Of a stretch of 59,327 bases of DNA, positions 48,255 to 58,947 are shown one piece after another. The stretch spans positions 1-59,327 of the forward strand of contig JBGPQV010000018.1 of assembly GCA_041489255.1 (NCBI GenBank), read 5' to 3'. The translations under genes and the position numbers were made by a program. The DNA is from Thermoplasmata archaeon (GTDB taxonomy: Archaea > Thermoplasmatota > Thermoplasmata > RBG-16-68-12 > JAFNFQ01). Within the stretch, counting starts at the first letter, position 1, and each line of letters starts with the position of its first letter. Below the pieces are notes generated by a model. That model did no database searches. It was not told where the DNA came from and was given only the letters and a program-made list of their open reading frames with translations.

Positions 48255-49224
48255 CCTTCCGCCTCCTCCTCTGCTGCAGGCTCTCCGCCTTGATCTTCAA
48301 TCTGGAAGCGATCTCCCTTGCGAGTTCCTGCGCGCTGCTGCCGACGGTGTAGACCTGGCGGGGCTTGCACGCCGCGACGAAGTCCAGGAGGTCGTCGAAG
48401 TCGGCGTGGTCCGTCAGGGGGAACTGCGCGTCCAGCTCGCCGCCGTGCGTGAAGTTGAAGACCCCGCACCATCCGGAGACGTACGCTCGCGACCCGCCAT
48501 TCTCCCTAAAGGAGGAGAACTCCTCCGGCGCGCCCGCGCCGAGCCAGTTCCTCGACACGACGTATGCCCTGGCCTCCTTCTTCTCTTCCTTCGTCATTTC
48601 GCCCATGCGGCGGTAATTGAGCCTGTGACCGTGGGCCACGTAGATGTCCGCGATGTCTGCCATCCTGTCGCTCACGACAGGCTCGACCTTGATCGTGTTG
48701 AGCAGGGCGACGAGCTCCTGCGCCTTCCCGAACTCTATCGCGCCGAACGCGACCGACCTGGTCGCCAGCTGCGACTCTGCCCAGGAGAGCACGTCCTTCT
48801 CCACCTCCCTCTTCGGCGGGAGAGAGAACTGCGGCCTGCCGTAGGTAGACTCGACGATCAGGGTCCTGCAAGGCCGGGGGACCGCGACACCGCAGGTCAG
48901 CCCGCCCTCGGGATTGAAATCTCCGGTGTAGAGCGCGTCGCCGGCCTCGACCATTGCTGAACCGAAGGTGTGACCCGCGTCGTGGAACTTGACCTCGAAC
49001 CCGCCGTACTTTTCGCTGCCGCCAATCCGCAGCGGTTTGCCCGCGCCCCCGCCGAGACGGACCTTCATCACCGCAAGCGTCTCAGGAGTCATCAGCGCGC
49101 CTCGCGACAGGTGGTCCATGTGCGCGTGGCTCACGATGGATCCCTGAGTCTGCGCGTGAGGGTCCATGACTATCTCCTTGATCCCGTCCTGGAGGCAGAT
49201 ACCCCGGTCGTAGTAGACGCGCAT
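48238..49224 (-). CDS. Metallo-beta-lactamase (beta-CASP/Cft2-like) nuclease
   Basis: SHAHMDH, AGHTFGS, YTGD, ESTYG, DHADF; TGATG overlap at the start. Confidence 0.88.
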   Translation of the reverse strand: MRVYYDRGICLQDGIKEIVMDPHAQTQGSIVSHAHMDHLSRGALMTPETLAVMKVRLGGGAGKPLRIGGSEKYGGFEVKFHDAGHTFGSAMVEAGDALYTGDFNPEGGLTCGVAVPRPCRTLIVESTYGRPQFSLPPKREVEKDVLSWAESQLATRSVAFGAIEFGKAQELVALLNTIKVEPVVSDRMADIADIYVAHGHRLNYRRMGEMTKEEKKEARAYVVSRNWLGAGAPEEFSSFRENGGSRAYVSGWCGVFNFTHGGELDAQFPLTDHADFDDLLDFVAACKPRQVYTVGSSAQELAREIASRLKIKAESLQQRRRRKDEVGR

Positions 49225-49616
49225 CAGCCCCTCCGCGTGAAGACGTACCTCACCGGTATGCGGTGCTTGATCCCGGTCCAGTACCCGCACCGCTCGCAGT
49301 GATAGCCGAGGGTGACCGTCCCGCCCCAGACTGTCATGTTCCTCACTCGTTTCAGGTGGGCCGTGCAGACGGGGCACTTCGCCATCGACCTCGTCTTGCC
49401 GGACTCCCTGCAGATAATCTTCAAGTCCACTGTCCCCGAATCGATCGCGACGTGCCTCACCCTCACCTCGCCTATCTTGAAGACCTCCTCGCCCTGCATC
49501 TCCTTCTCGACGAGCCTCTTCAGCTTCCTCTGAGAGTCGACCTCCCTCTTGGTCGCGATGACTCGCTCAAGCGCGGCGGCTACCTGCTCGTCGTCGGGGA
49601 TGCGGTAGCGAGGCAC
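49224..49616 (-). CDS. Zinc-ribbon hypothetical protein
   Basis: CPVC..CERCGY. Confidence 0.75.
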   Translation of the reverse strand: MPRYRIPDDEQVAAALERVIATKREVDSQRKLKRLVEKEMQGEEVFKIGEVRVRHVAIDSGTVDLKIICRESGKTRSMAKCPVCTAHLKRVRNMTVWGGTVTLGYHCERCGYWTGIKHRIPVRYVFTRRG

Positions 49617-49935
49617 GTGTGGTGTAATGAGGGCGGTGATACATATGTTTCGACTATTCCGACCAATGGACTCGCGATGCCTGGTCAGGCCCTTTACTAA
49701 AAAATCCGATCTGGGGCATCAAGCGGCAGGGCGACTTTGATGGCGGTGATTTTCGGAGCGTTGTACTGGATGGTGATCTGTCGCTGACTCATGGACTCCG
49801 CGGGATGGTCACCCACTCTTCAATCCTCAATCACCTCTCCGGATGATTCAGTTCACGGAGTGTTTGCGGTCCAATATCGCCAATTGCCCAAGCTTCTGTC
49901 TCGTTGACTATCCGATGTCGGAAAATGAGGCCCCT

Positions 49936-50526
49936 CTATGACCCAGGCTTGGATGTCTCCTTGCTCTCCTCTTCCCGCTTCCTCCGACCCCTGCGAGGAA
50001 GCTCGACCTTCCCAGTCCTCTCGATCCGGAAGATGAGGTCGTCGTAATCGTCGTCGTCCTCACCCTCGTTGCATCGGTACCGATAGCCATTCGGGAGTTC
50101 CTCCACGAGCATCCCGGCGAAGCTCTCGCAACTCCAGCGTATGAGTTCTCCCTGAGTGCCCCTATATTGGTACGAGTTCCAGACCCAGAGGATTCCCTCT
50201 TTTGTTCTGCAATGGATGCGGTGCTCGGAATGCGTTTCTTCGAAGGGGATCATGACTGCTCGCTTGTAGACACTGCCATCCACCGATATCGTCCAATCAG
50301 TCGCAAGCGTTGCGAACTGCTCCCAATCCGAGTTGACGTCCTCGAAAACGAGGAGGAACATCTCGCCATCCTTCGCCTGTATTCCGTGTTGCTGCCGTGC
50401 CTCTGGGAGCCTGGGAGGGTTCCACCTCACGCGGTCGGTCTTCTCCCCCCGCCGGCTGAGCGTATATGGGACGAGATATTCCAGCTCCTTGTCTGTGAAC
50501 TCCTTGTCAGGCACGGCATCGTCCAA
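49936..50526 (-). CDS. Hypothetical protein
   Basis: 196 aa; ends with a DDDYDDLIF motif. Confidence 0.55.
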   Translation of the reverse strand: MDDAVPDKEFTDKELEYLVPYTLSRRGEKTDRVRWNPPRLPEARQQHGIQAKDGEMFLLVFEDVNSDWEQFATLATDWTISVDGSVYKRAVMIPFEETHSEHRIHCRTKEGILWVWNSYQYRGTQGELIRWSCESFAGMLVEELPNGYRYRCNEGEDDDDYDDLIFRIERTGKVELPRRGRRKREEESKETSKPGS

Positions 50527-50659
50527 TGCATTTACGAATATTCAATGTGTTGCCGCCCCATCTGTATATAAGCTCACCGCGGAAAGCATATACAGGCCGC
50601 GCGATTGCTCAGCAGCGCACGGCGCGACGTGTTCTGCCGTGCGCTGGGAGGTATCTCTG

Positions 50660-51970
50660 ATGCAGCGAAAGAGAGCGATAATCATGGGAGCGGCGGGCAG
50701 GGACTTCTGGAACTTCCAGAGGGTCTTCAAGGACCGCGAGGAGTACGAGGTCGTCGCCTTCACAGCCGCGCAGATACCGAACATCGTCGGGAGGAAGTAC
50801 CCGCCGTCCCTGGCGGGGAAGCTCTACCCTCAGGGCATCACGATATACTCGGAGGAGGACCTTCCCCAGCTCATCTACCGCCTGAACGCGGACGTCGTCG
50901 TCTTCTCATACAGCGATGTCAACTACGATTACGTCATGCACAGGTGCGCGCTGGTCAACGCCTGCGGCGCGGACTTCATGCTGCTCGGCACGAAGAGCAC
51001 GCTGATCAAGTCGGCCAAGCCCCTCATCAGCATCTGCGCGGTCAGGACGGGGGCGGGGAAGAGCCAGACCACGAGGCGCGTGACCGAGGTGCTCCAGAAG
51101 AAGGGGCTCAAGGTCGCGGTAATCCGCCACCCGATGCCGTACGGCAACCTCGAGGACGAGGCGGTCGAGCGCTTTGCCAATTATGACGACCTTGACAGGT
51201 ACAAATGCACGATCGAAGAGAGGGAGGAGTACGAGCCTCACATCGATAAGGGCGTCGTGGTCTTTGCCGGCGTAGACTATGAAGCGATCCTGCACGAGGC
51301 GGAGAAGGAGGCGGACATAATCCTCTGGGACGGCGGGAACAACGACCTGCCGTTCTACAAGTGGGACCTGCACATCGTCGTGGCGGACCCGCTCAGGGCG
51401 GGAGACGAGCTGCGCTATCACCCGGGCGAGACGAACCTGCGCCTCGCCGATGTCGTCATAATCAACAAGGTCGACTCGGCGACGCCCGAGAACATCGAGA
51501 AGGTCCGCCAGAACATCAAGGAGAACAATCCCGACGCGATCATCGTCGAGGCGGCATCCCCGATCAGCGTCATCGACCCGGAGCCGATACGCGGCAAGAG
51601 AGTCCTGGTGGTGGAGGACGGGCCGACCCTGACGCACGGCGGCATGACCTACGGGGCTGCGACCATAGCCGCCAATCGGTTCAACGCCGCGGAGATCGTC
51701 GAACCCGAACCGTTCGCCGTCGGCACCATCAAGAAGACGTTCAAGAAGTTCCCGCACCTGAAGAAGGTCCTCCCCGCCATGGGCTACGGCGACAAGCAGA
51801 TCGCGGAGCTGCAGGAGACGATCAACGCGATCGAATGCGACCTCGTCCTGAGCGGCACCCCGATAGACCTGAGGAGGGTGCTCAAGGTCAACAAGCCCGT
51901 GGTGCGGGTGAGGTACGAGCTCGATGAGATAGGCCACCCGAACCTCGAGGACGTGCTGAAGGACTTCTGA
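50660..51970 (+). CDS. Cyclic 2,3-diphosphoglycerate synthetase-like P-loop protein (COG2403)
   Basis: MGAAGRDF, AVRTGAGKS, RHPMPYG, TIEEREEYE, WDGGNND, EDGPT.THGGM. Confidence 0.9.
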   Translation: MQRKRAIIMGAAGRDFWNFQRVFKDREEYEVVAFTAAQIPNIVGRKYPPSLAGKLYPQGITIYSEEDLPQLIYRLNADVVVFSYSDVNYDYVMHRCALVNACGADFMLLGTKSTLIKSAKPLISICAVRTGAGKSQTTRRVTEVLQKKGLKVAVIRHPMPYGNLEDEAVERFANYDDLDRYKCTIEEREEYEPHIDKGVVVFAGVDYEAILHEAEKEADIILWDGGNNDLPFYKWDLHIVVADPLRAGDELRYHPGETNLRLADVVIINKVDSATPENIEKVRQNIKENNPDAIIVEAASPISVIDPEPIRGKRVLVVEDGPTLTHGGMTYGAATIAANRFNAAEIVEPEPFAVGTIKKTFKKFPHLKKVLPAMGYGDKQIAELQETINAIECDLVLSGTPIDLRRVLKVNKPVVRVRYELDEIGHPNLEDVLKDF

Positions 51971-52027
51971 GCGGTCCGACCGCGAGATGAAGCATATTCG
52001 CGATTCCTTCTCCCGCCAGACTCTGCG

Positions 52028-52642
52028 TTTTGGCCTAATTTATGGCCGAAGAATCGAGTGTTCGGAGAGGACGGTCGATCATCTTCCTCGCCCGGCTCAG
52101 TACAGATCTGCTGGTTCGAGCCAGACACGCCTCCACGTATAATGCACGTGCAGTCCCCGAAGGAACGCTGCGAAATCATCCGCGTCGGCTTCCTTCATCA
52201 TGAACGCCGATTGACCTACCTTCTCCACGCCAGGCCTGGATGTGAGACCAGGATAGTAGTACCGCTTTTTCCTTCCGTCGACCTTCGCGGTGACCTTTCT
52301 CCCGGAAACGAATCGCTGGATCGTCACCGATTCGGCTCGTTGATACTTGCGCGTGTCGTAGGAGACTATGATGCGGAGCACCGCCGCAACATTCTCGACC
52401 TTTCCGTCATCATCAGGCAGCTCGTCATCCCTCATGAATTAGTGAATGTCCGAGCCCATCATAAGGCGCATCTTAAGAGAGGTGGCCGAAAGTGCACGTT
52501 GCAGGGCGGTCCTTTTCTCATGATGTCCCTTTTTGACCAGCTCTTGGGCCAAACTCAAATCGAGTGGCGGCATGATTCCGGATTCCTTTTTCGGATGACC
52601 GAGAGAATCGTATCCTCACTCTTGGCCTCATTTCTGGCCAAA
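52028..52642. repeat. Three TTGGCC-N8-GGCCAA palindromes (52028-52050, 52531-52553, 52621-52642)
   Basis: Read directly from the sequence; two of the three copies have one substitution. Confidence 0.7.
52097..52435 (-). CDS. Small Cas2/VapD-fold-like protein
   Basis: IIVSYD at the N-terminus and VGQSAF near the C-terminus. Confidence 0.45.
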   Translation of the reverse strand: MRDDELPDDDGKVENVAAVLRIIVSYDTRKYQRAESVTIQRFVSGRKVTAKVDGRKKRYYYPGLTSRPGVEKVGQSAFMMKEADADDFAAFLRGLHVHYTWRRVWLEPADLY

Positions 52643-52826
52643 GGAGACGCATCGAGGCGAAGGCGACCTGCGTTCCTCAATCAAATCGCGCAACCATGGA
52701 GCTCCTCCTCTCCGTGGGTTTCGTTGCGTTGTTTTGGGTGCTATATCATGTCTATGCCATGCCGGGTCTCAGCGGTTTCATAGCAGGAAAACCTAGCAAG
52801 TCCTCCAAGAATGAATTCACTCATTC

Positions 52827-53069
52827 TCAGGCATTCCCTTTCTTGTTGAGTCTCGACATGAGGATGAAAACAGAAACCAACAAGCCGACTAGGAAAATGA
52901 GCAGTCCTATCGCGCCTAGAGTCAATGCCGTCTCGGTAGTCATGTTTTCATTCATCGAGCCGCCCATTCCGATCCAGAAAACCGCCCCGCCCATGGCCAT
53001 CAGGCATGCTGATACTGCCATCGCAACCACAGTCACTGTCGATCCGGCTCTACTTCTGGTTCCTTTCAT
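52827..53069 (-). CDS. Small two-TM protein
   Basis: Two hydrophobic helices. Confidence 0.55.
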   Translation of the reverse strand: MKGTRSRAGSTVTVVAMAVSACLMAMGGAVFWIGMGGSMNENMTTETALTLGAIGLLIFLVGLLVSVFILMSRLNKKGNA

Positions 53070-53263
53070 TCAGACTACATCCGTTTCAGGTCTTTGCTCC
53101 AAGAGCCGCAGAACAGAGCAGCATCTCCATGAGTGCGACACACAATCCCGAGATATAAGTCTGCGGGGGGACGGGAGGGCCAACCTACTTGAGGTCACTC
53201 ATGACGTTTCCTCCCGATTCCTTTCCACCTGAAATAACGCAACGGAATCCCCTCCGCGCAACG

Positions 53264-53271
53264 TTATTATA
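53264..53271 (+). promoter_or_regulatory. tRNA TATA box
   Basis: TTATTATA ending 25 nt before the tRNA. Confidence 0.65.
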
Positions 53272-53295
53272 GAGAGGCCAAGATGAACGCGAAAC

Positions 53296-53380
53296 GCGAG
53301 GGTAGCCAAGCCTGGCCAAAGGCGAAGGACTCAAGATCCTTTCTCGAAGGGGTTCCCAGGTTCAAATCCTGGCCCTCGCA
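53296..53380 (+). tRNA. tRNA-Leu(CAA)
   Basis: Acceptor stem GCGAGGG/CCCTCGC-A; anticodon arm AAGGA-CT CAA GA-TCCTT; long variable arm; GGTTCAAATCC T-loop; CCA not encoded. Confidence 0.96.
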
Positions 53381-53426
53381 TCATACCTCAGGTTTAAATC
53401 GTTGGAATGCTCTACCATTGGACTGC

Positions 53427-54629
53427 ATGCAGACGGAGAGCACCGGAGGCGACATCTACGGCCTTCCTGGGAAGTTGAAGAGGAAGTTGGCGTGGATAAG
53501 GAAAGCGGAGGAAGTCTCGCCCCACAACAGGTCCAAGATCCTGGGGTTCGAGCGTCACTGTCGCGCGAGCGGGATAGGTGTCGCCCGGACCCTGAGGTAC
53601 CTGCAGGATCTGCCCCGCTTTGCGGAGATGCTCGGCAAGGACGCGGAGAAGGCGACGAGGGCCGACGTGGAGAGGGTACTCCGCGCGATCGAGGACTCCG
53701 ATTACTCGCCGCGAACCAAGCTTGACTTCAAGGCGAGCGTGAAGCGGTTCTACAAATGGCTGAACGGCGGTGAGGAGTATCCAGATTGCGTTCGCTGGAT
53801 CAAGACGGGAGCGAAGCTCAACAACGAAAAGATTCCGGACGCGCTCCTCACTGAGGAAGACGTGAAGAAGGTCATAGGCGTCTGCCGCAACTCCCGGGAC
53901 CGCGCCCTGCTGTCGACCCTGTGGGAGTCGGGATGCCGCGTATCCGAACTGCTCACGCTGCACATAGGTCACGTCGCCATCGAGGAGACGATCACGCGCA
54001 TCACCGTCCACGGCAAGACGGGGATGAGGCGCGTCCCCCTCTTGGACTCCACGCCCTACCTCGTGGAATGGCTAGACGACCATCCATTAAAAGAGGAGCC
54101 AAACGCCCCGCTCTGGGTGGGAATCGGGAATCCCGGCCGAGGAAGGAGGCTGCAGTACGGCGCCTTTAGGAAGATGCTGAGGGAGACCGCGCGCAGGGCA
54201 GGCATCAAGAAGGACGTGAACCCTCACAACTTCAGGCACAGTCGTGCCACATTCCTGGCGAAGCACCTGACGGAAGCCCAGATGAACCAGTACTTCGGCT
54301 GGGTCAGGGGCTCCGACATGCCCGCCACATACGTCCACCTCTCAGGCAGGGACATAGACGAGTCGATTCTGAAGATGCGCGGCCTCCTCAAGCCGAAGGA
54401 GGAAGCCGTGGAGAGCAGCCTGGCTCCGATTCCCTGTCCGCGGTGCAAGCTGATGAACAAGGCGACGGGGAAGTTCTGCGCGCGCTGTGGGGCAGTCTTG
54501 GACATAGGGACCGCGGTCGGGATGCAAGAGAAAGTGAAGGAACTCGATGAGAAGTTCTCGCGATTGCTCAGCGACCGTTCGGTGCAGGAGTTCCTGGTCA
54601 AGAAGCTCGGAGAACTGGGTATCACTTAG
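53427..54629 (+). CDS. Tyrosine integrase with C-terminal zinc ribbon
   Basis: SGCRVSE, GKTG.R, HNFRHSRAT, FGW, YVH; CPRC..CARC; own TATA (TTTAAAT, 53393-53399). Confidence 0.93.
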   Translation: MQTESTGGDIYGLPGKLKRKLAWIRKAEEVSPHNRSKILGFERHCRASGIGVARTLRYLQDLPRFAEMLGKDAEKATRADVERVLRAIEDSDYSPRTKLDFKASVKRFYKWLNGGEEYPDCVRWIKTGAKLNNEKIPDALLTEEDVKKVIGVCRNSRDRALLSTLWESGCRVSELLTLHIGHVAIEETITRITVHGKTGMRRVPLLDSTPYLVEWLDDHPLKEEPNAPLWVGIGNPGRGRRLQYGAFRKMLRETARRAGIKKDVNPHNFRHSRATFLAKHLTEAQMNQYFGWVRGSDMPATYVHLSGRDIDESILKMRGLLKPKEEAVESSLAPIPCPRCKLMNKATGKFCARCGAVLDIGTAVGMQEKVKELDEKFSRLLSDRSVQEFLVKKLGELGIT

Positions 54630-55031
54630 GCTGGTATCCGTGCAGTTTCCTATCCATAAAGAATTCGAAACAAGAGCAACTTGGCTACGGGAAACCGGTC
54701 TCGAAAGATGTTTACTTTGTAGTCGATGGTGGTGGTCTGTATTTGCTGGGCATCCATGTTCGCTCACATGACTTGTAGACGCAGGTTCACGCCTGAAGAG
54801 GTCGGGCGTTCGACGCCCCCGCAGAGTGAGCTGGCGTTATGGGAAGGAACCTCGTCGGCCAACTCGCCGGGCCACTGGCAGATGGCGCCAGCGAGAGGCG
54901 GATCGCAGAGGTAGTGCTACGCCTGTCATCCTATGTACTGGCAAACAGGAGAATCACCATCTTGACTGTCTCCGCGGCGTAGACTACAAAAGCCCGGAGA
55001 TTATTCCGTCTACACGCAAGGGGGCTAAACG

Positions 55032-55271
55032 TTGGACATCAGACAAGCATCCAGACGTCGACTAGCCGGCATCCTTAAAGGATACCTCCAGAAAGAGCGA
55101 TGGGTGACAGAGGTGCGGCTTGAAAGCGAAATTCTTAGGTCGCACAGCGTGACAGAGTTGCATGAGGTTCTCAGCTCGCCTGAGTTCCAGTACCTCCATA
55201 CGATCAATCCCGTGCGGATGGGGCGTCTTGAGGCTAAGTTTCTCGGGACCATCGACCATCCCAATGACTAG
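55032..55271 (+). CDS. Hypothetical protein or gene fragment
   Basis: 79-aa ORF with TTG start. Confidence 0.3.
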   Translation: MDIRQASRRRLAGILKGYLQKERWVTEVRLESEILRSHSVTELHEVLSSPEFQYLHTINPVRMGRLEAKFLGTIDHPND

Positions 55272-55395
55272 AACCATGAGATGCCGACAAATGCGATTGC
55301 CGTGCCCATGGACCAAAGGAGCGGACCCGTTGATGAGATTTTCTCGTCAGTCAACTCAATTTCAATTCCCGCAGCTGTCGTCGAGGGCAGGCATA

Positions 55396-55647
55396 TCAAT
55401 GCAGTGCTTGGACGAGAAGGCGACCCTTCCCGGATAATGTGTACATGATACGGCGATCCTGACGCTCCTTCACCAGGAGCCCCTCTTCCTCGAGTTCCCG
55501 GAGATGCGTGTAGATGCCGGTGAGGGGCAGGCCTGTCCTTTTCGAGATCTCGTATCCGTGCATCGGTTTCTTCTCCAGTGCTTCCAGGATCTGTCGCTTC
55601 GGCCTGCTGAATACTGCCACGTAGGTCCGTGAGGCGTGAAGTCCCAC
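55396..55647 (-). CDS. PadR/ArsR-like winged-HTH regulator
   Basis: KPMHGYEISK..GIYTHLRELEEEGLL..YTLSGKG. Confidence 0.85.
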   Translation of the reverse strand: MGLHASRTYVAVFSRPKRQILEALEKKPMHGYEISKRTGLPLTGIYTHLRELEEEGLLVKERQDRRIMYTLSGKGRLLVQALH

Positions 55648-55725
55648 TCAGGGAAAACATATATAATAGACGAATCTAGTATAGTGTCATAGCGTGCAAG
55701 GCGATCCCTGAGGATCCTGTGCATC

Positions 55726-58700
55726 ATGAAGGAGGGGAATCTCTTGGAGGAAGTCGAAGGAACTGCATCTGAGCCACGTGTCAAGAAAGGTCGCAGGAAA
55801 GCGGTAATCGCGGTCGCGGTCCTGTTGGCCGCGGCAGTGGTGTTGACCTCGCTGTACGTGCTGGTCCTCGCTCCCGGCGCCCCATTCGGAGGCCCGGGCG
55901 GACAAAACGAGCAGAACGTCGAGGATTCCATTCTGCTCTACGACCCAAGCGGCAGGAGCTACAAGAGCGGTACCCGGGGCGGGGAATCCACGGGCACAGG
56001 TTACCTCGTCGAGGACTACAAGGGTACTCCAAATGTTCGCAGTGTCATCGTCGAGTCTGACTCGCCCATCATGGCGATCGGCGATGCAAACCTCGTCAGG
56101 TCGACGGGTGATTCCTGGAAGGTATCATCCTTCACGCCAAAGATCGCCACCACCACATCGCAGGATGTTGTGGCTGCTGACCCGCTGTCTCTGGATTTCA
56201 CGAACATTGAACTCGACCTCAACGCAGTGGATGCGATATATGGCAACCATACGTTCGGCCTCGGGTTGGGCCAGAATGAGGACTTCATCTTCGTGTCGAC
56301 GGAGAGGATGCCTGCGTTCTTCACAAACGTGCACGTGAAGGGCGTGGTGATCGAGCCGACCTTCCTTTCCTCTTTGAGAATTTTTGATTTTGACGTTCTC
56401 CAGGATTTCCAAAGGTTCGCAGCCCAGATGCGAATCCCGACCCATGCGGAATCGACGGCATTCCTGCTCGTCGATTCGTTGGAGTACAAGGACACCCGTG
56501 TCCTGGAGGGGGATGTCCACGATGTCATACTGCCCGAGGAAGTGGCCTCATTGGGTTTGAATCTCGTGGGCGCGGATGTCAATTCCAACGGTTCGCGCTT
56601 CCTCCTGAACGTCACGCGGAACATAGACGAGGTTCTCGTGACCTTGGGGGAGAAAGCCAGCACCCTGCAGAGCATGGACTACTGGTTCATCCTCGGGACC
56701 AGGAACCTGACATACGGGAAAATGAAGGGTCTCGTTCGACTCAATGTGTCGGAAAGCGACTTCACGGCGATTCAAGGTCGTCTTGGCCTGTCTTTCCAGT
56801 CTCCCTCGGGTCTTCCCTTGCGTTTCCACATCGGGGCGACTGCGGATCCCGACCCGCAAGCTTCGATCTACGTGAAGAAGGAGGTCCGCGACCTCTGGTC
56901 TCTTCTGCAGGTGACCCATTCCAACCCGCCTGTGGCAGCCGTGGAGGTGAACGCCTTCGCGCTCGTTCTGGACTACAAGAATGTCGCGGACTACCTGGGA
57001 AATGCCCTAGGTCTCAGCGAGAGTACCATGGAGAAGCTGCATGCGCTCGCAACCTTCCGAAACCCTGCAATGGCTTTGCTGTTCGACCGGAATCTGACAG
57101 CCTCCCTGCAGAACCCCAGCGAGACCCTCTGGAAGTACGGGACAATCGCTTTCATCAGGGACTTTCACTCAAGTCAGGACATCCTGTACTATCTGAATCT
57201 GAAGGGTGAGGTGTACGACAGCTGGATGTTCCTTGGCGTCTCGCCCACAGACCTGTCCTCGATACCTATGCTCGTGGTGGATGCCCAAGTGAACGCAACG
57301 GAAGGCGTGTTCTCAGGTCACCTCTGGGACATCTACTCGAGCCAAACGACGGCCTCGACGCTGGTCGTGGACACGGATGGCTTTGCAATCGGCACGACGA
57401 TCAAGACTATTTTGAACTACACCCAGTACAAGGCCTATGTGAAGTACCTGCCAGTGGATGTCGGCTTCTACGACTTGCACGACAAGATCCCATTGGCGTT
57501 CTACCACGTCCCAATGTTCTATCCTTCCTGGGGAACGGGCCCAACGCACCTTGGCACACACGTAGCAGTGAAGGCGCTTTTCGTGCGTGGACAAACGCAA
57601 CGAGATAATCTCGCCTCGTTTCTCAACCGGTTCTTGGGCCAGGACTACGCCTCCACTGAATTCGCCAGTCTTGCGGCAAACCTGCTGACGAACACTTCGT
57701 TCATCGAGATGCTCGACGGTTTCTTCCTGGTTTTCTCCGTCAGGGAGGCTCCGGTGACCACGAACCTGACGATATCTTCTCTTGCAGCAAGCAACCTGGT
57801 CTACGAAGGTAGCGGTGGCGTGAACGCGGACGTGACGGCAGTAGTGTCCCGGAGAGGAGACTGGTTGGACTTCAACGCAATCGTCGTCCGCTTCGTTGTT
57901 ACATCGCCCAGCGGTCAGATCTACTCCCAGGACACACCCTCGATCACCGGGGGCCTTCTAGACACCCCCGTATCACCGTTTCTGCCGCTGCACATCGACA
58001 CACCAGAAGCAGGCGTTTACCGCGTCGACGCGTACCTGATGAAGCTTGAGGAGTTCGGGACAGTGGTTGACGCCAAGAGCGCCAGTTTCACCCTCACGAT
58101 CATCGGCCCACCCGACCATCTCGACGTCGTTCACACGGCAAGTTCCCCGCAGGAAGCAGGCGTTCAGTTCGACGTCACTGTCAGTATCCTCGACAGCCAG
58201 GGGAACGTGGTAACGCAGTACTCCGGCACAGTGAGCTTCACGAGTTCGGATCCGAATGCGATCCTTCCCTTACTGCCGTATACCTACAAACCGATTCTGG
58301 ATCAGGGATCGCACACATTCACTGTGACGCTGAAGACGGCAGGAACGAAGACCGTCACTGTGACGGCGACCGGTGTTGCTTCGCCGACTCATACGTTCAC
58401 GGTTAGTGTTGTGCCAAACCAGAACGCGGTGAACTGGAGCATCGCGATGGTCTCCGGGGACGGACAGAGAGCACCGCGTGGAAGTACGCTCCCCTTGCCG
58501 TTCGTCGTCCTTGTGACGGACGGATTCGGGAATGCTCTGCAGGGTGTCCAGGTGGACTGGACAATATTCTTCGAACCGTATATCTCGAACCCCGGGTCGC
58601 TCTCTCCTATGACGACGATCACGGATGCAGCTGGCGAAGCGGCATCAACATTGACCCTCGGACCTGGTATTTTTCCGAACGGGATATACAAAGTGAAGGC

Positions 58701-58755
58701 AAGTCTCGCCGCAAAACCACTTGCTTTTGTTCTGTTTACAGCCACAGCGACCTAG
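55726..58755 (+). CDS. 1009-aa N-anchored surface protein with C-terminal Ig-like (Big_1/invasin-type) domains
   Basis: N-terminal TM; AG..FDVTV..D..GN..YSGTVSFTSSD; SGDGQ..LP.PFVVLVTD.FGN..TDAAGEA. Confidence 0.8.
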   Translation: MKEGNLLEEVEGTASEPRVKKGRRKAVIAVAVLLAAAVVLTSLYVLVLAPGAPFGGPGGQNEQNVEDSILLYDPSGRSYKSGTRGGESTGTGYLVEDYKGTPNVRSVIVESDSPIMAIGDANLVRSTGDSWKVSSFTPKIATTTSQDVVAADPLSLDFTNIELDLNAVDAIYGNHTFGLGLGQNEDFIFVSTERMPAFFTNVHVKGVVIEPTFLSSLRIFDFDVLQDFQRFAAQMRIPTHAESTAFLLVDSLEYKDTRVLEGDVHDVILPEEVASLGLNLVGADVNSNGSRFLLNVTRNIDEVLVTLGEKASTLQSMDYWFILGTRNLTYGKMKGLVRLNVSESDFTAIQGRLGLSFQSPSGLPLRFHIGATADPDPQASIYVKKEVRDLWSLLQVTHSNPPVAAVEVNAFALVLDYKNVADYLGNALGLSESTMEKLHALATFRNPAMALLFDRNLTASLQNPSETLWKYGTIAFIRDFHSSQDILYYLNLKGEVYDSWMFLGVSPTDLSSIPMLVVDAQVNATEGVFSGHLWDIYSSQTTASTLVVDTDGFAIGTTIKTILNYTQYKAYVKYLPVDVGFYDLHDKIPLAFYHVPMFYPSWGTGPTHLGTHVAVKALFVRGQTQRDNLASFLNRFLGQDYASTEFASLAANLLTNTSFIEMLDGFFLVFSVREAPVTTNLTISSLAASNLVYEGSGGVNADVTAVVSRRGDWLDFNAIVVRFVVTSPSGQIYSQDTPSITGGLLDTPVSPFLPLHIDTPEAGVYRVDAYLMKLEEFGTVVDAKSASFTLTIIGPPDHLDVVHTASSPQEAGVQFDVTVSILDSQGNVVTQYSGTVSFTSSDPNAILPLLPYTYKPILDQGSHTFTVTLKTAGTKTVTVTATGVASPTHTFTVSVVPNQNAVNWSIAMVSGDGQRAPRGSTLPLPFVVLVTDGFGNALQGVQVDWTIFFEPYISNPGSLSPMTTITDAAGEAASTLTLGPGIFPNGIYKVKASLAAKPLAFVLFTATAT

Positions 58756-58947
58756 CGTGTAATTGACACATTCAAGCGCTATTGGAAAGGATGACCTGAG
58801 GAGAATCGCGGTATCTGGCAGCCATCAGTCCGACCCAGCGGAGTTGTGGTCCATGTAACACATACCCGACGTGGGTGTGGTCCGCTTTCTTGGGACTTCG
58901 CGAGGCATAAATAGGCCGCGCAGTATTGACGAGACTGGAGAAACCTC

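Noticed and set aside
51971-53280. CRISPR array near the Cas2-like gene
   Set aside because: No regularly spaced repeat-spacer units here or elsewhere in the window.
53283-53426. Integrase ORF reading in-frame through the tRNA (SSV-type split integrase)
   Set aside because: The integrase looks complete from ATG 53427 and has its own TATA box; the open frame is probably chance.
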